From: Octopus sinensis
Lineage: Eukaryota
Length of the DNA stretch: 64,000 nt
NCBI RefSeq assembly: GCF_006345805.1
Contig: NC_043000.1
Location: 85,684,001-85,748,000 of the forward strand
Direction: 5' to 3'
This document shows, in pieces, positions 1 to 12,674 of the stretch (its first letter is position 1; every line of letters begins with the position of its first letter). The notes beneath the pieces were generated by a model. The model was not told where the DNA came from. It ran no database searches and saw nothing but the letters and a program-made list of their open reading frames with translations. Made by a program: the position numbers and the translations under genes.

Positions 1-49
1 ATATTTTCCTAATAAAATGAGAAAAGAATATAATTATCCAGAGTTGTTG

Positions 50-265
50 ATCATGATGATCAACATTTAACATCTGTTTTCCATTTTGGCATGGATTGGA
101 CAGCTTGACAGGGACTGGCTAGGCCAAGGACCACACCAGGTTCCAAAGTATGTTTTGGCCTTGTTTCTATGGCTGGATACCCTTCCTAACGCCAACTACT
201 TTACAGTTTTTACTGGGTGCTTTTTATGTGACACCTGCACTCACACCTATGCTTTTTACTTGGCA
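50..265 (-). mobile_element. 3' end of an RTE-type LINE or a LINE-tail-derived repeat
   Basis: Shares GGCTGGATRCCCTTCCT..GCCAAC and CATGG.TTGGAC motifs and a (GAT)n tail with copies at 9120, 23660, 24480, 33580, 44440 and 56290. Confidence 0.6.
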
Positions 266-1216
266 CCTTGAGTTTAGGATCTCAATTCTGTTTTGGCGGG
301 CAGGTCTTCTTGAGTATTTGATGATGATTGTATTTGCATCGCTCTGAACAATTTTATAGTCGAACGTATCAACCCCAGTACTTATATGTTTGTTCAATGA
401 AAATTAGTTGATAGTGTGTTGTTTATTTAACATGCATTTACCAATATCATTGAAAGACAATATTGTCGAACTTTTATAAGCTCTTTTTCAACTGTAAAAC
501 ACAGATAGCTATATGTGATTAATGGCTCAAAGAATTTGTTTCTTTTTTGTTGTTTATTTTAAAATTATGTTTTAATTTATGATTTAGATGATTCTGCAAA
601 TTTAGACATTATTTATATATATATATATATAAACCAACTAATGTGTTTCTCCATTTTCTTATTTGTAATATAAATCAATGGTAAAATATTTCTTTACCTT
701 CACCCATTTAATACAATAAGTTTATTGCACTGCAATTAAAAACACTTGTGTATTAATAATTTGGGTATTATACCAACAGTATATTGGATAAGTATTATCC
801 CTTAGTGGGTTGGATCCACAACCCCTAACTTACTTAGTGGTATATATATATTTTCATAACATTGTAATTTCCTTTCCAATGCAAACTACTCTATCCATGG
901 ATTTGAAACAGTATCCATTAACCAGATTATGTGTGCCAACCCTTTTTCAGGACACTGAGTTCAAATATATATCTGACCTATAACTTGTAATACCTGCCAA
1001 TATGTCTTTTTAGTTTACCAATCAAACTTTTTAATTTTTGAACTATCTTAAAAAAAGTAGTATAATTTTGTAATAGATTTGATTACATTATAAATAGATG
1101 TTTTCATATTTCATTGAACAACATGTGTTTCTGTGACATGTATTTACTTTTTTTTATGTTTTAAAGACCATAAATCTTCTTGTAAGATATGTTGAATATG
1201 TTTTACTTCTTTTCAG

Positions 1217-1450
1217 CAGTCCGATGCTGGCTATGCCCATTTAAAGAAGCCCGATACAGTTCAGGAATGGCTTGGTTGTCTTGGCCTGTCAGAATATACT
1301 AATACTTTCATCATTAATGGTTGGGACTCAATCTCTTATCTCGGCTACCTGACAAATGATGACTTAGTAAATATGCACATAAGGAACCCAAAACACCGTG
1401 ATCGTCTCTTGCGCAGTCTGCAGGACATGAACCTGAAGTTCACTGGTTGA
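1217..1450 (+). CDS. Terminal coding exon of an upstream gene (5' part outside the window) encoding a C-terminal SAM (sterile alpha motif) domain
   Basis: Polypyrimidine tract and TTTTCAG acceptor at 1215-1216. Open frame QSDAGYAHLKKPDTVQEWLGCLGLSEYTNTFIINGWDSISYLGYLTNDDLVNMHIRNPKHRDRLLRSLQDMNLKFTG* ends at TGA 1448-1450. The V.EWL..LGL..Y...F..NG.D.....L...DL..M.I....HR..LL pattern is the SAM fold of SASH1/ANKS1/SAMD5-type proteins. The specific gene cannot be assigned. Confidence 0.85.
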   Translation, partial: QSDAGYAHLKKPDTVQEWLGCLGLSEYTNTFIINGWDSISYLGYLTNDDLVNMHIRNPKHRDRLLRSLQDMNLKFTG

Positions 1451-2208
1451 TCCCAATTATCAACAAATGAATTCCAGCTCAACAAAAGCAACAACATTCA
1501 GCTCTGTGACTCTGCAATATCTTCCTTAGCCTTCCCTGTCTATTTCTATTTATGCTGGCTGCTACAGGTTTTTTTTTTTTTTTTTTTTTCTTTTTAGGAG
1601 GCTAGATGAATGCTTCATGGTACATATACATGTATTGCAATAGCATTTACATATTAATGATTGTAAAATCTGTCACTCAATCAGTCACACACATCCAAAC
1701 ATACACCACCAAAAAATGTATGTTTACTTTGAAGCTGTTTCTTTAGTTTGATAGTACAGACACACACTTTTCATACAAGCATATATATATATACTAATGT
1801 ACATTTATTCACTCATACAAATTGAAGTATGGATGTACATTGAAGATGTGACTCAAATAACAAATATTGAATTCTTGATAAGAATTCTGTTGTGACTAGC
1901 TTTTCTTTTCTTTTCTTTTTTTTAAGTCATTGAAGAAGTACATGAGAAAGCTACTACATAATGTGCATTTGCACTTAAATGTCAAGTAAGTTTGAAGTGT
2001 GTGTACATATATATGTGAGTAAATGTGCCTGCATATCTATACATACACAAGCACACACACATATATATATATACACAAACACATTCTTCAGAAAGATTTC
2101 ATATTTAACATTACTTCCTATAACATTTGTTTAAATTATTTTTCACTTTGGAGGGAATTTTGTTAAAGTTGCAACAGCATTTGATAAATATCATTTTCAT
2201 TCTTATTT

Positions 2209-2244
<36 letters not shown>

Positions 2245-4448
2245 CACCATTTGTGTGCATTTGTATGTGAGTGTGAACATTTAGATAAGCATGCACGCAT
2301 AAGTGTATGCAAATGAATTTGTGACTACAGGATTCTATGAACACATACATGCATATATGCACACACTCACATATGCACATATGTATATGTCTGTGCTTGT
2401 GTGTATATTCATTTTTGTGTTGTGTGTGTGTAGTCACATGCATGCTGAGATGTTTTAGTTATGTATATATTAATATAAAAATGGTTTTCATGCAAGCAGT
2501 CAGACACATCCACTCACTGTATTTTCATCAAATTTATCAACAAAATTTTACTTATATTACTAGAACAGACCTCAGTATTGTTTTTGTAATGGATGTTGTT
2601 TGTGCATTTATGTGCACATTTCAATCTCACAAAGAAAATTTTTAAAAAAGTTGCAATATATACATTTGACAAAAATATACATGCAACTAATTTTACTGTG
2701 CAATATATAAATGTATCTATAAAAATATGTCTATGTGCATATATGTGTGCATGCATGTACATATGTATGTGTATGTCTATATACATTAATACGTATGTCT
2801 ATAGATTATTTCCAGAAATAATGCTGCTGTATAAGTGATTAAAAATTATTTACTCAAATACGCAAAAGAAAAGGAAAAAAAGAAACTTTAGAATTAACCT
2901 ATAAACAAACTTTCCATACACTGCTGCAGTGTATGTTCTTTTGCATCTGTATCAGATGCATTTTTCCCTAAAGTACCATTAACCAGTGAAAGTTTTTTTT
3001 TTAAAGGGACAAGTATTTTGTGTTTGGGAATGGGAGGGAGCAACTAAAACCAAACTGCATAAAATTACTATTATGATTTCTTTTTATTTCTTAATAATGT
3101 ATATTTCATCTTCACATATTAAATATATTCATACATTTTTAAGATCTTATGACAGCTTCAGAAATTGCAAGATCACACAATAAAAGCTGTCCATCTCTAC
3201 ATAAAGAAATATGAGTCCTCTCATTATTGTTTGTTCCGCTGCCAGTTCATTACAGTTCAGTCAATCATGTTAAGAAATCAACCACTTGCTGTACAAGCTA
3301 TAAAAAACAGTATCAATATAAACTGCAGCTGTGTTCTGTTGCCCTCTTTAATAATATTAGTCTTAATTGTAAGGAATTAAATTTTTTTTAAATGTTATCC
3401 TCTGTAGATATCTTTTAATTTTCTTTTTATGAATGTTTGAGATGATTGATATGTACTTTTTAACTATTTATATCCTTATTTTGGATGTTGAGTCAATATT
3501 TGATAATGTTATATTTTTCAATTTATTTATCCCTGTTCATTTGACTATCTTTTAATTTTACAATAACGACAATCTGTCTTAAATTTTCTCTCAGTACCAA
3601 CGCCACACAATCTGAACATTATAGCTGCTTCTATTCTAAAATAGTGTGTGTGTATGTGTATATGTTTGTGCATGCATGTGTATGCGTGCACACGCATTCT
3701 ATTTTATATGTATGTTCTGTTGTATCAGCAAAAGTCAGTGTGCATGTATAAATGTGTCTGTATTTGTATATACAAGCACGCATAAATATATATATATACA
3801 TATACACACATTTACGTGTGTGTGTGTAGAGTTGTGTATTGCATCTATCCTCTCTGAATTTATGACTGCTTATGGCAGCTAATATTTTGGTTTGTTCTAT
3901 AGTTTTTGCAGGTTTTTTTTCTTCCTCTTACATTTTTGTCTTTAGCATTTCTTTGTAATTTTTATCATTTACACTTTTTTTGTTTTTTTGCTTAGGACAT
4001 TCTGTTTTTTGTTTTTTTTTTGTTTAAATAGTTATAAAGAATCTCAGCATTATTTGAAATAATCAGTGTTTTTGTAATATATCATTTAAAGAGATTATTT
4101 CGACAAAATCAAAGTTTTTATTTTATTACACGTTGCATCAGTATTACTTCCATACCTGTTGACTAATTAATTAGTTACCTGAAAAGTTTCTAATCATACA
4201 AGACATTTTACCTATGTAAATATACATATCATTAAGTGATGATTTGAATTCCATTTAAAACCCTTGATAATGTTGAACATTTACATGCTCTCATTGGTGA
4301 TTTATAGCACCTGAATAGCTAATAAAACATTTCAACAACAGTTGTTGATGCTGTTAAACTGCCCAAATGAGAGTCGAAGTGTTTAGAAACCTGCATTGCT
4401 AAGAAATGGAAATTTTATATATATATGTATACATGCATGTATGTATGT

Positions 4449-4490
<42 letters not shown>

Positions 4491-5825
4491 GCACACAAAC
4501 ACACAACATCTAAATAGCAAACAGAAAGACACCATTCCTATAATTTTCTTTCTTTTTTTTTTTTACTATTATTCACAATAAAAATGGGTTTGTTTTACTC
4601 CCAACAGATACTAAAAGAAAATAAGACACAAAAAAGACAATTTTTTGTTATCTTTTCAATCCTAATATTGATAAACTAGTCCTTTAAAAAATGTTTATGA
4701 AATGTAGAGTTTCAAATAAATATTTTACCCACTTCTACTTGTGTGGTGCATTTGCCTTGTAGGCTTAGCCAACTCCTTCAGATGAACCTGCAATCCAAAC
4801 AACTATCATCTATTGTTGTCTATAATCTAATCAATTTCAGTTTACAACCAATCTGACTTCCAACAGTATTTGAGAACAACTAATTTTTAAAAGTATTAAA
4901 TTTATAAGTTTAAGATGGTTAGAGGTGGATAAGAAATAATTTTACTGATATGATTAAAAATTAAACTATATATTGATTTTTCAGATAGTTGGTCATAGTA
5001 GACAGAGTAAGAATGATTGTATTGTAATATAAAAGACAAAGTAGAACTAAAGAACGTAAGAGTACTTATTAGTTCATGGTTTATACAGGGTGTCCCAGAA
5101 TTAACTATCTATTTCAATGAAATCGAGCAAATCTTTAAAAAACTGACAGAATTTCATGTTTATTATTTACTTATGACATTAAAACAAATAGATTTATAAA
5201 TCTTACATCAAAACAAGTTTAGCTAAACTATTGCTCCATCCTAGGAATGGAGGTAGAGAAAATGATTGCAGCCAAATTGCAAAAAATCTGTCATGGACAG
5301 CTAAGCAGGATCCAATAGGAATGAAAATAAAATGATAGAAAAATTATAAAAATTTATCATTAAAATTAAAACTTTATACACTTTTAATACATATTTAAAC
5401 ATGGTAAATATAAATACATATGATTTTTTAAAAGAATTGTTCAATTTCACTGAAGTAGATGGTTATTCTTGGACAAGCTGTATATCCTTTTTATTACTCA
5501 TATATAAACTCGGAGGCTGGAATGTAAAAGTTAAATAACCTTTAAACTAAAGGGTGTTTAATTTTGTTTTTCAGTTTTACTGCTTCTTTATTTCTTCAAT
5601 ATATGTTTACTTTTTAAGTTCTAATGTCCTTTAAGCTGATTTTATTTAGTTTTTAATATCCTTGTTTTATAAGTCATTTTTTTATAATTTTAGTTTTACA
5701 AGCTGTTAGGGTGTACTTTTTTTTCCTTAGCTGTATTGAAACTAAAGTCAAACCTCCTTCAATTTCTAAAGACTTATTCTAAAGGTAGTATACAGATTTA
5801 AAGGTCTCAAAGTTTTACTATTACT

Positions 5826-5867
5826 GAATATTGTGTAATATATATATATATATTGGTAGTGGTTGTG

Positions 5868-5916
<49 letters not shown>
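5826..5916. repeat. Interrupted (TA)n microsatellite
   Basis: Direct reading. Similar (TA)n tracts occur at about 4410-4490 and 46293-46355, and (TC)n at 2211-2242. Confidence 0.95.
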
Positions 5917-5918
<2 letters not shown>

Positions 5919-8584
5919 TTGGTGTCCACTAAATACTTTATAGTTTCTAACACAATCACATATTACTTAATGTATGTTAACAGCCGACATTGTTTATGCC
6001 AGTATTAAAGTGCTATTTACTTAGGTAATTCATATAAAATTGAAAACCTCTGTGAGGTTGCTCCCTTCTGTGAAACTTTCAAAACATAAAACTTTTCAAG
6101 GAAGGAAATAATCTTTTGATATTTAATATTTCTTTCAACATATTATTTCACAGTGCCGCACATTTATATTGTTTGTTTTTTTTTCTTTCTTTTTTTGGTC
6201 AATTATAAATCCAAATTAAAGTATTTTATATTTATTTGAGGGTTCTTTATTGTTTTTAAATTGAAATATAATTTTGCTATGAATATTTTCCTCATTAATT
6301 TTTTTCCAATTGAATTATTTTGTAAAAGTTTTTATTTTGTTTTGATCATACCATAATAGTATTTTTTCAAAGTTTGCATTATATTTATTTTGTATTATTT
6401 TTATTTGGTTCTAATATTGAAGGCAGTTTTATTCAACATTAATCATCAGTTTTTATTTTTCTTTCAAATGTTTATGTTCCAACTGCAGCAAAATTTTTTG
6501 TCCCATACCTGTTTGTTTCATAAATAAATAATAAAAGAAAAAGACAAAATGTACTTATCCCGACGATAACTTCAATAAATATATTTCTGGAGAAACTTTA
6601 GAGGAAACCTAGTTAAATTATAATCGTATGAATAACAGTCAACATGAAGTTCATATCCAGTTTATGGTTAGTTAGGCATTCATAACCTGAAAAACAAGAA
6701 AATGATTCTAGACTAAATTTATATTAATACTAGGTCATATAATGTTCTTTTCATTGGATTTTGTCAATATCTCCAGGAAAATCAAAGAATGTTACACTTC
6801 AGAAATAAGTAAAAGTTTGAGCAATTCAAAATAATATTTTACTCTAAAATGAAGCTTGTTCTCTTTGATACCGATATAGAACAGTCAGTACTCTATCCTT
6901 GTATACACACACTATGAGAATTTTACTTAGGTGAAGAAAATTAATGTAATGTTGAGCTGGCTATGGGAGAAAAGAATATCCTTGTCGTTTTTTGTTTGTT
7001 TTTTTTTGGGGTTTTTCTTTTTTGGTTTTTTTTTTTTTTTTTTACAGTATTGTGCGGTTAAAGTTTTTGAAATATCCTTATCAGTATTTTTGAAGTTTGA
7101 AGGAAGTTCTACTACAAGTTGAAATGGATTATAAAATTTAAAGATGCTTGGGGAAAAATGAAGAAACATATAGATGAAAAGATCGAGGTGTAATGCAACT
7201 ATGTTGCTGATTTGAGGTTTGATATTCTATATGATTATACAGAATAACTACAGAAGAACTTACCTTATCAGTTTGGTGGTGGGGGTGGAGGGTGAGATTT
7301 GCTATCTGGTTACAAATAAATGGCATCTAATCCTCAATTATGTCTCTCTCCCCCTCCCCTGCTTATTAATGATTGACAATTATTCGGTTTAAAAAAGAAG
7401 TTCAAGTTTTTTTGGGGTTTTTTTTTTTCAATATTTGTCTTTATGTTATGAAAGCATAAATATATTTTTCTTTATTATCATTTACTAATTCTGATGTTGT
7501 AGCAAACTTGTCCAAGTCTACCTATGTTGAGTCTTCAGCTTTGACTGTATATATTGTTTACAAAAATGAGAGGAAAAAAAAATCTATTGGGGCAAGAATC
7601 AGATTTGGTCAATGCATCATCTTCTTTACCTTCCTTAACCATTTTTTATAAACTTACTTGCCTAACTTTGACATTTACAATATTAAACTGAAAATATCTG
7701 CACACTTTCTGCATTTCTGGACTTTTTTTTTTATTATTTACCATATCAGAATATTTGATGAAATTATTGAAAGTCTTGATTCAAATTTCTAACTACATAA
7801 GAAAAGTAATTCAAATTATCTCAGTACAACAAAGATGACCATGGCACCACACAACAATATTAATTTTTATGTTGTTAATCTTGTTTTGCTTCATAATTTG
7901 ATTGCTCAGAAAATGCTTAGCTAGTTATTTAATTTCAGAACAAAGAAGAGAGGAAAAATTATACAGTTTATCATATAAAATAATTTCTATAATATATGAC
8001 CATATTAAGATAAGCAGATGGAGAAAAAAAAATTCATTAATATACCTCCTGTTACAAGTTTGCATTTATTTCACTATTATTCTATATTCAAATAATTTGA
8101 TCGTCTTCAATTAATTTCAGGCATTAAAACACTTATACTGGATCATTGAGAAACTTTTATATTTTTTTTTTCTTGGTCATTTTAAATTTGAAAGTAAATA
8201 GGCATGTGACTTTAAAAAGCTGATGATGACATGTTGAGGGTTGCCAAAAATTCATTATTGCCAAATTTCTTTTCTGACATTACGCAATTGAAATATTTCA
8301 TAAGCAAAGATTTGATTCTAATTAATTACAATTATACATACAATTTAAATGATTGCTGTCCAGCAATATATGCTGTATCAGTTTCATCTTTTGGAAAAAA
8401 CCAATGAAATTCAAAGAGAAACATAAAATAATTAAACACCTGCTTTCAATCTGTTTAAATTTCCTATTCATAATTATTCCAAGAATATTTATGGTGTGCA
8501 CTTCTACATCAACAGTAATGGAATCTGAAAACTTGCTAAACTCATAACCACATCCCAAAATACAATATGGTTTAGAATTTAGTT

Positions 8585-8586
<2 letters not shown>

Positions 8587-8621
<35 letters not shown>

Positions 8622-8643
8622 CGCGCGCACGCGCGTATGCATG
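8587..8643. repeat. (GT)n-(GC)n alternating purine-pyrimidine microsatellite
   Basis: Direct reading. Confidence 0.95.
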
Positions 8644-8744
8644 CTCACTTATCTTCTGAAGATTATGCTGGTAGTTTAGTGCTGATATGTATTGCTATAT
8701 ATTAGTAACAAACTTTACTTCATAATGTTCTCTCCTACTCTAGA

Positions 8745-8925
8745 CACAAGGCCCAAAATTTTGGGGGAGGGGCCGGTCAATTAGATCAACCCCAGAATGC
8801 AGCTGGTACTTCATTTATCAACCCTGAAAGGATGAAAGGCAAAGTTGAACTCAGAACATAAAGACAGGCAAAATTACTGCTAAACATTTTGCCCAGCATG
8901 CTAACTTTTCTGCCAGCTCGCTGAC
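8745..8925 (-). mobile_element. tRNA-derived SINE, family A (core CCTTTCATCCTTT.GGGGTCGATAAA..AAGTACCAG)
   Basis: Reverse complement aligns with the copies in the 17.7-19.0 kb array and at 22420. Confidence 0.75.
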
Positions 8926-9119
8926 TTTTTACTTCATAATGTTACAATCATTGTGATTGTGAAAGTACACTTGTTTCTTTTCAAGGATTTCTACAAATGC
9001 TGCACCTTCATAAACAGCTCACTGTCTAGTGTTCACTATATGTGAGTATGTATATATAGATAGATAGTAGATAGGTAGGTAAATTTATTTATGTGTGTAT
9101 ATATATATATATATATATC

Positions 9120-9500
9120 ATCATCATCATCATTGTTTTAATATCTAATTATCCATGCTTGCATGAGTCAGACAGAATTTGTTGATGCAGATTTTCTGTA
9201 GCCCGATGCCCTTCGTGTCATCAACCCTCACCTGTTTCAAAGCAGGGTAATACTTCCCTTGGCCAGACATGTTTTTCACAGAAAATGAAACAAACAACAT
9301 TGCTTGTATGTTGATGATGCTCATTTAAAACCATCACATGACAAGGGTACTCACAAACACCTTCATAACAGGCTTCTTTCAGTTTCTACCAAATCCACTT
9401 ACAAGGCTCTAGTTGGCCCAAGACTAAAGTAGAAGATACTGGGCGAAGGTACTGCACGGTGAGACTGAACCTGCAAACCTGAACTGGGAAGAAATCTTCA
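9120..9500 (-). mobile_element. RTE-tail repeat fragment (9120-9360) followed by a SINE family B fragment (9365-9500)
   Basis: (CAT)n tail plus shared RTE-tail motifs, then CTTCTTTCAGTTTC..CTACCAAATCCACT.ACAAGGCT shared with copies at 10880, 20660 and 59925. Confidence 0.65.
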
Positions 9501-9592
9501 TACATGGTGTGCAAGGAGTATTTGAGGGTACTTAATTATTAGTATATTATTCTTTTCAAACCAATTAAAAGTTGTTTTTTTTATTATTTTAA

Positions 9593-9795
9593 CCCTTTTG
9601 TTCTTTCATTACTGTATTTATTTTGAGATGCTCTGTTTTTCTTTCAATTACTTTAAATATAACAAAGAATTTAATAAAATAACTTAGTTATCATTCAGCT
9701 AGTGTTAGGTGGAAGGTTTTAATTCAAAACTTATGAAAACAAGACATTTGTACTGAGAGCCAGAGCCAGTTTCAGCCGGGTTGGTAACAAAAGGG
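9593..9795. mobile_element. piggyBac-type MITE (family P1)
   Basis: TTAA at 9589-9592 and 9796-9799 flank termini CCCTTTTGTT...AACAAAAGGG. Internal sequence is shared with the 53399 copy in reverse orientation. Confidence 0.75.
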
Positions 9796-9904
9796 TTAAA
9801 GGCATGTGTTGCACTCTGTGAAGGGCATCCACCTGTAGAACCCACACCAGCTTGGAAAATAGACATTAAATGATGATGATAAGGATTTCCCCTGTGGTAG
9901 ATAA

Positions 9905-10800
9905 AATGCTAACGCAAGAAATGAAAAGATGCAAAGTTATTGTTGCCATATGTGCAAAACACGTATAGAGGAAGTGTTTCAACTACATCAAGGAGAAAAA
10001 TATCACTTTAAATGTTCAAGCACTATAAGAACACTGAAATTCATCTTGCAAGGTCAAAACATTATCAATGTTCCCAGAAAATCAATGAGAGTCTTCACCA
10101 AGTACTTTAGGTGTCAGAGTAGGCTAACAGAACCGCAGTTGATACAAGTCAGTTGTACTGAGGAGAGGCCAATTTATATCTGCAAAGACACAGGAAAATT
10201 GTTTTGATCCATACCAAGCAATCACTTAATCTTCAAATATGGCATGCTTTGGTTCTGTGGTGAGATCTAACAGTAGAAACGGCAGATGGTAGTGTACATA
10301 TCCTGATGTCTTCAGAGTGATGTACACTAAGTTCCCAGCAACTGTGATGGTTTTAGGAGTGGTAAGTAATGAAGGTCATGTCATGCCACCTCGGGTCTTT
10401 CTATAGGGATTAAAGTTAAAGCTGCTAGAGACAGTTGTTAAACCCTGAAGGGATGAAGTACTGAGTAGAAGGTCATACATGTCTCAGCAAGATTCAGCTT
10501 TTCAATGGATATTAGACAATCTTAATGATTGTGTAATACCAAACTTGTTGCCTCCAAACTCATCAGATTTAAATCCCATGGATTACTACATTTAGAACAC
10601 TGTTGAGAGGGAGACTAATCAACATCCTCACAATACTATAGCATCCCTAAAGGCTGCCATCATCCAGGTGATGTTTAAAATGAATAAGGATCATTTAGTG
10701 TAAGCATGTCAACAATTACAGTCCTACATTGAAGCAACCATCAAAGTTGAAGACATTCAAAGAACATGTGCACAAATTTTTATTAAATACACTAGATTTT
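9905..10800 (+). mobile_element. Decayed Tc1/mariner-superfamily transposase, maT/DD37D-like
   Basis: Broken frames give YTKFPATVMVLGVVSNEGHVMPP and LPPNSSDLNPMDYYI*NTVERETNQHPHNTIASLKAAIIQVM, i.e. the WPP.SPDLNP.DY catalytic motif, with stops and frameshifts. Confidence 0.8.
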
Positions 10801-10844
10801 TGGTAGATTAGTCCTCAGATACCTCTCACACTCTCTCGTGTGTG

Positions 10845-11015
10845 TACATAAGCACACACACACACATATATATATAATGGACTTCTTTCATTTCCATCTA
10901 AATCCAAAGGCTTTGGTTGGCCTGGGTATAAGAGAAGTCTCTTGGCCAAAGTGCTACGAGGTGACACAAAACCATGTGGTTGGGAAGCAAAACTTTTTAA
11001 CCACACAGCCAGGCT
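10845..11015 (-). mobile_element. tRNA-derived SINE family B
   Basis: Reverse complement begins GGCTGTGTGGTTAAAAAGTTTTGCTTCCCAACCACATGG, matching the + copy at 58233. A second fragment lies at about 11280-11400. Confidence 0.7.
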
Positions 11016-11449
11016 TGTACATATAATTGATTGTGCCCATGTGTGTAGCTCCAAGTAAGCCAATATATTCATTCATGCATTTTCCAGGTTAGATGAATAT
11101 ATTATTGAGGTATTGCTTTAAAAACAGATACCCTTTCTGTCATTGAACCTCCTTCAACCATTTTTCAAGTTAATGATTTCTTAGACCACATGGCTTCAAA
11201 TGTGCAAGAGAAACAATATCAATACCAGTACATAGAAGCAGGCAACATATAAACAAGCATATATACGTACATATCCACACACAATGTTCTATCAAACAAA
11301 TCCACTCACAAGGTTTTGGTCAGCCTGGGGCATTAATTGAAAATTCTTGCCTAAGATGCTGAACTCAAAACCATGTGATTGGGAAGTAACATTTTAACCA
11401 TATGTGGAGAATTGGAAGGAACATGCCTAAAAGGATGCTGTTAGTCACC

Positions 11450-12100
11450 TAGCCTGCTGTTTCTGAAGGGTCATGGGTGAAGGATACTTGCAGAGCTCCA
11501 ACCAGTCAGCTGACTTGAAGTGCCACAGGATCCAGAAAAAGGTGGATGTTCAGTAGTCAGACAATGTAATAGATGCAGACAGGCATAGGAAGTGAGAAAG
11601 ATCAAGGGGGTGTTGGTCTGCAGCATGAGTAGATGATGAAACAAGTTGATGTGAAGAGATGAGAATAGCAAAGGATGTAGGTAAAGTAAATGGTAGTGGT
11701 CTACACTTACTGCAGCCATGTTCAAACCTGGGTCTTGTGATAGGCAATACTGTTTCACCAGAAAATCCAGCATAAAATTTCCTGGATCCCCCCTTAGTCT
11801 AAACAGGGCCTTTTTTTCAACTTTTGTCATAATACAGACACATAACATTTGTGACTGCTGTAACATTGGTGAATGTTGAAAAACTCCAAGACCAAACAAT
11901 ATCTTCAACTTATTGTGAAGTTCTAGCAAATTCATCACCTGATGGTTCATGGTCAGACATGCAGAAGTACAAAAAGCAGAGAATCTTTTCATTAACTCTT
12001 TTCTAGCAAAAGCCTTAGACACTGATTAGAAATGCATTGTGGAGAATATTGAGAAAGTTGAGGTGCCTACCTAACTTTGTTGATATGTTTGTCAAACTTC
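11450..12100 (-). mobile_element. Decayed LINE endonuclease fragment (CR1/Jockey-like)
   Basis: Mixed frames give LCFLY, G.F..H, QLVSSSTH....LDL..F.....LSD and LWHFKSADWLEL, resembling the LVQHPTR..LDLFL..SDH and WHFASARW segments of invertebrate CR1-like ORF2. Confidence 0.5.
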
Positions 12101-12674
12101 ACACTGGTACAAAGGCCTCTTCAACTCAAATGTTTCTGGGCAATGGTGTTAAATAGGTATATCTGTACCACCTTAATTCCCTATATACTTTACTGTTGTC
12201 ATTTCTCGTGGATTGGGCGTCTTTGTCTACTATTACTACAGATAAACTTGAATTTCAAAGCTCAACTGAATATCTTTTATAACTCTTGTTTATGATTTGT
12301 TGTATGCTGAAGATTGTGAAAATTGTGGCTCACTCAGAGTAATACATTCAGAAAGTAATGAACCTCTTCACTAGTCCCTGTACTGCTTTTAGACTTCTAA
12401 TAAGCCTGAAGAAAGCTATGGTAATTACATTTGCTCCAGATATGACCTATTAGAACCAAATATATTTCTCCAACAGACTTGACACAATGGATTGTTTTAT
12501 GTATCTTAGCAGCTCTATCTGCATCAAGCTATGCTTTTTGTGTCATACCATTCCTGCTCTATTCATCTAAGACATGGACCCTGTGTCAATGACACCAAAA
12601 TACTCAAAAGTTCATCAGAAGTGTCTAAGGCATGCATCAAACATCAGTAGGAAATTTTTTACACCTATAATGGA

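Noticed and set aside
2111-4581. Several His/Thr- or Cys/Val/Tyr-rich ORFs
   Set aside because: They are translations of (CA/TG/TA)n degenerate microsatellites in the likely 3' UTR of the upstream gene.
5086-5190. TACAGGGTGTCCCAGAATT, a Tc1/mariner-type terminus
   Set aside because: No partner TIR was found nearby, so it is too fragmentary to call.
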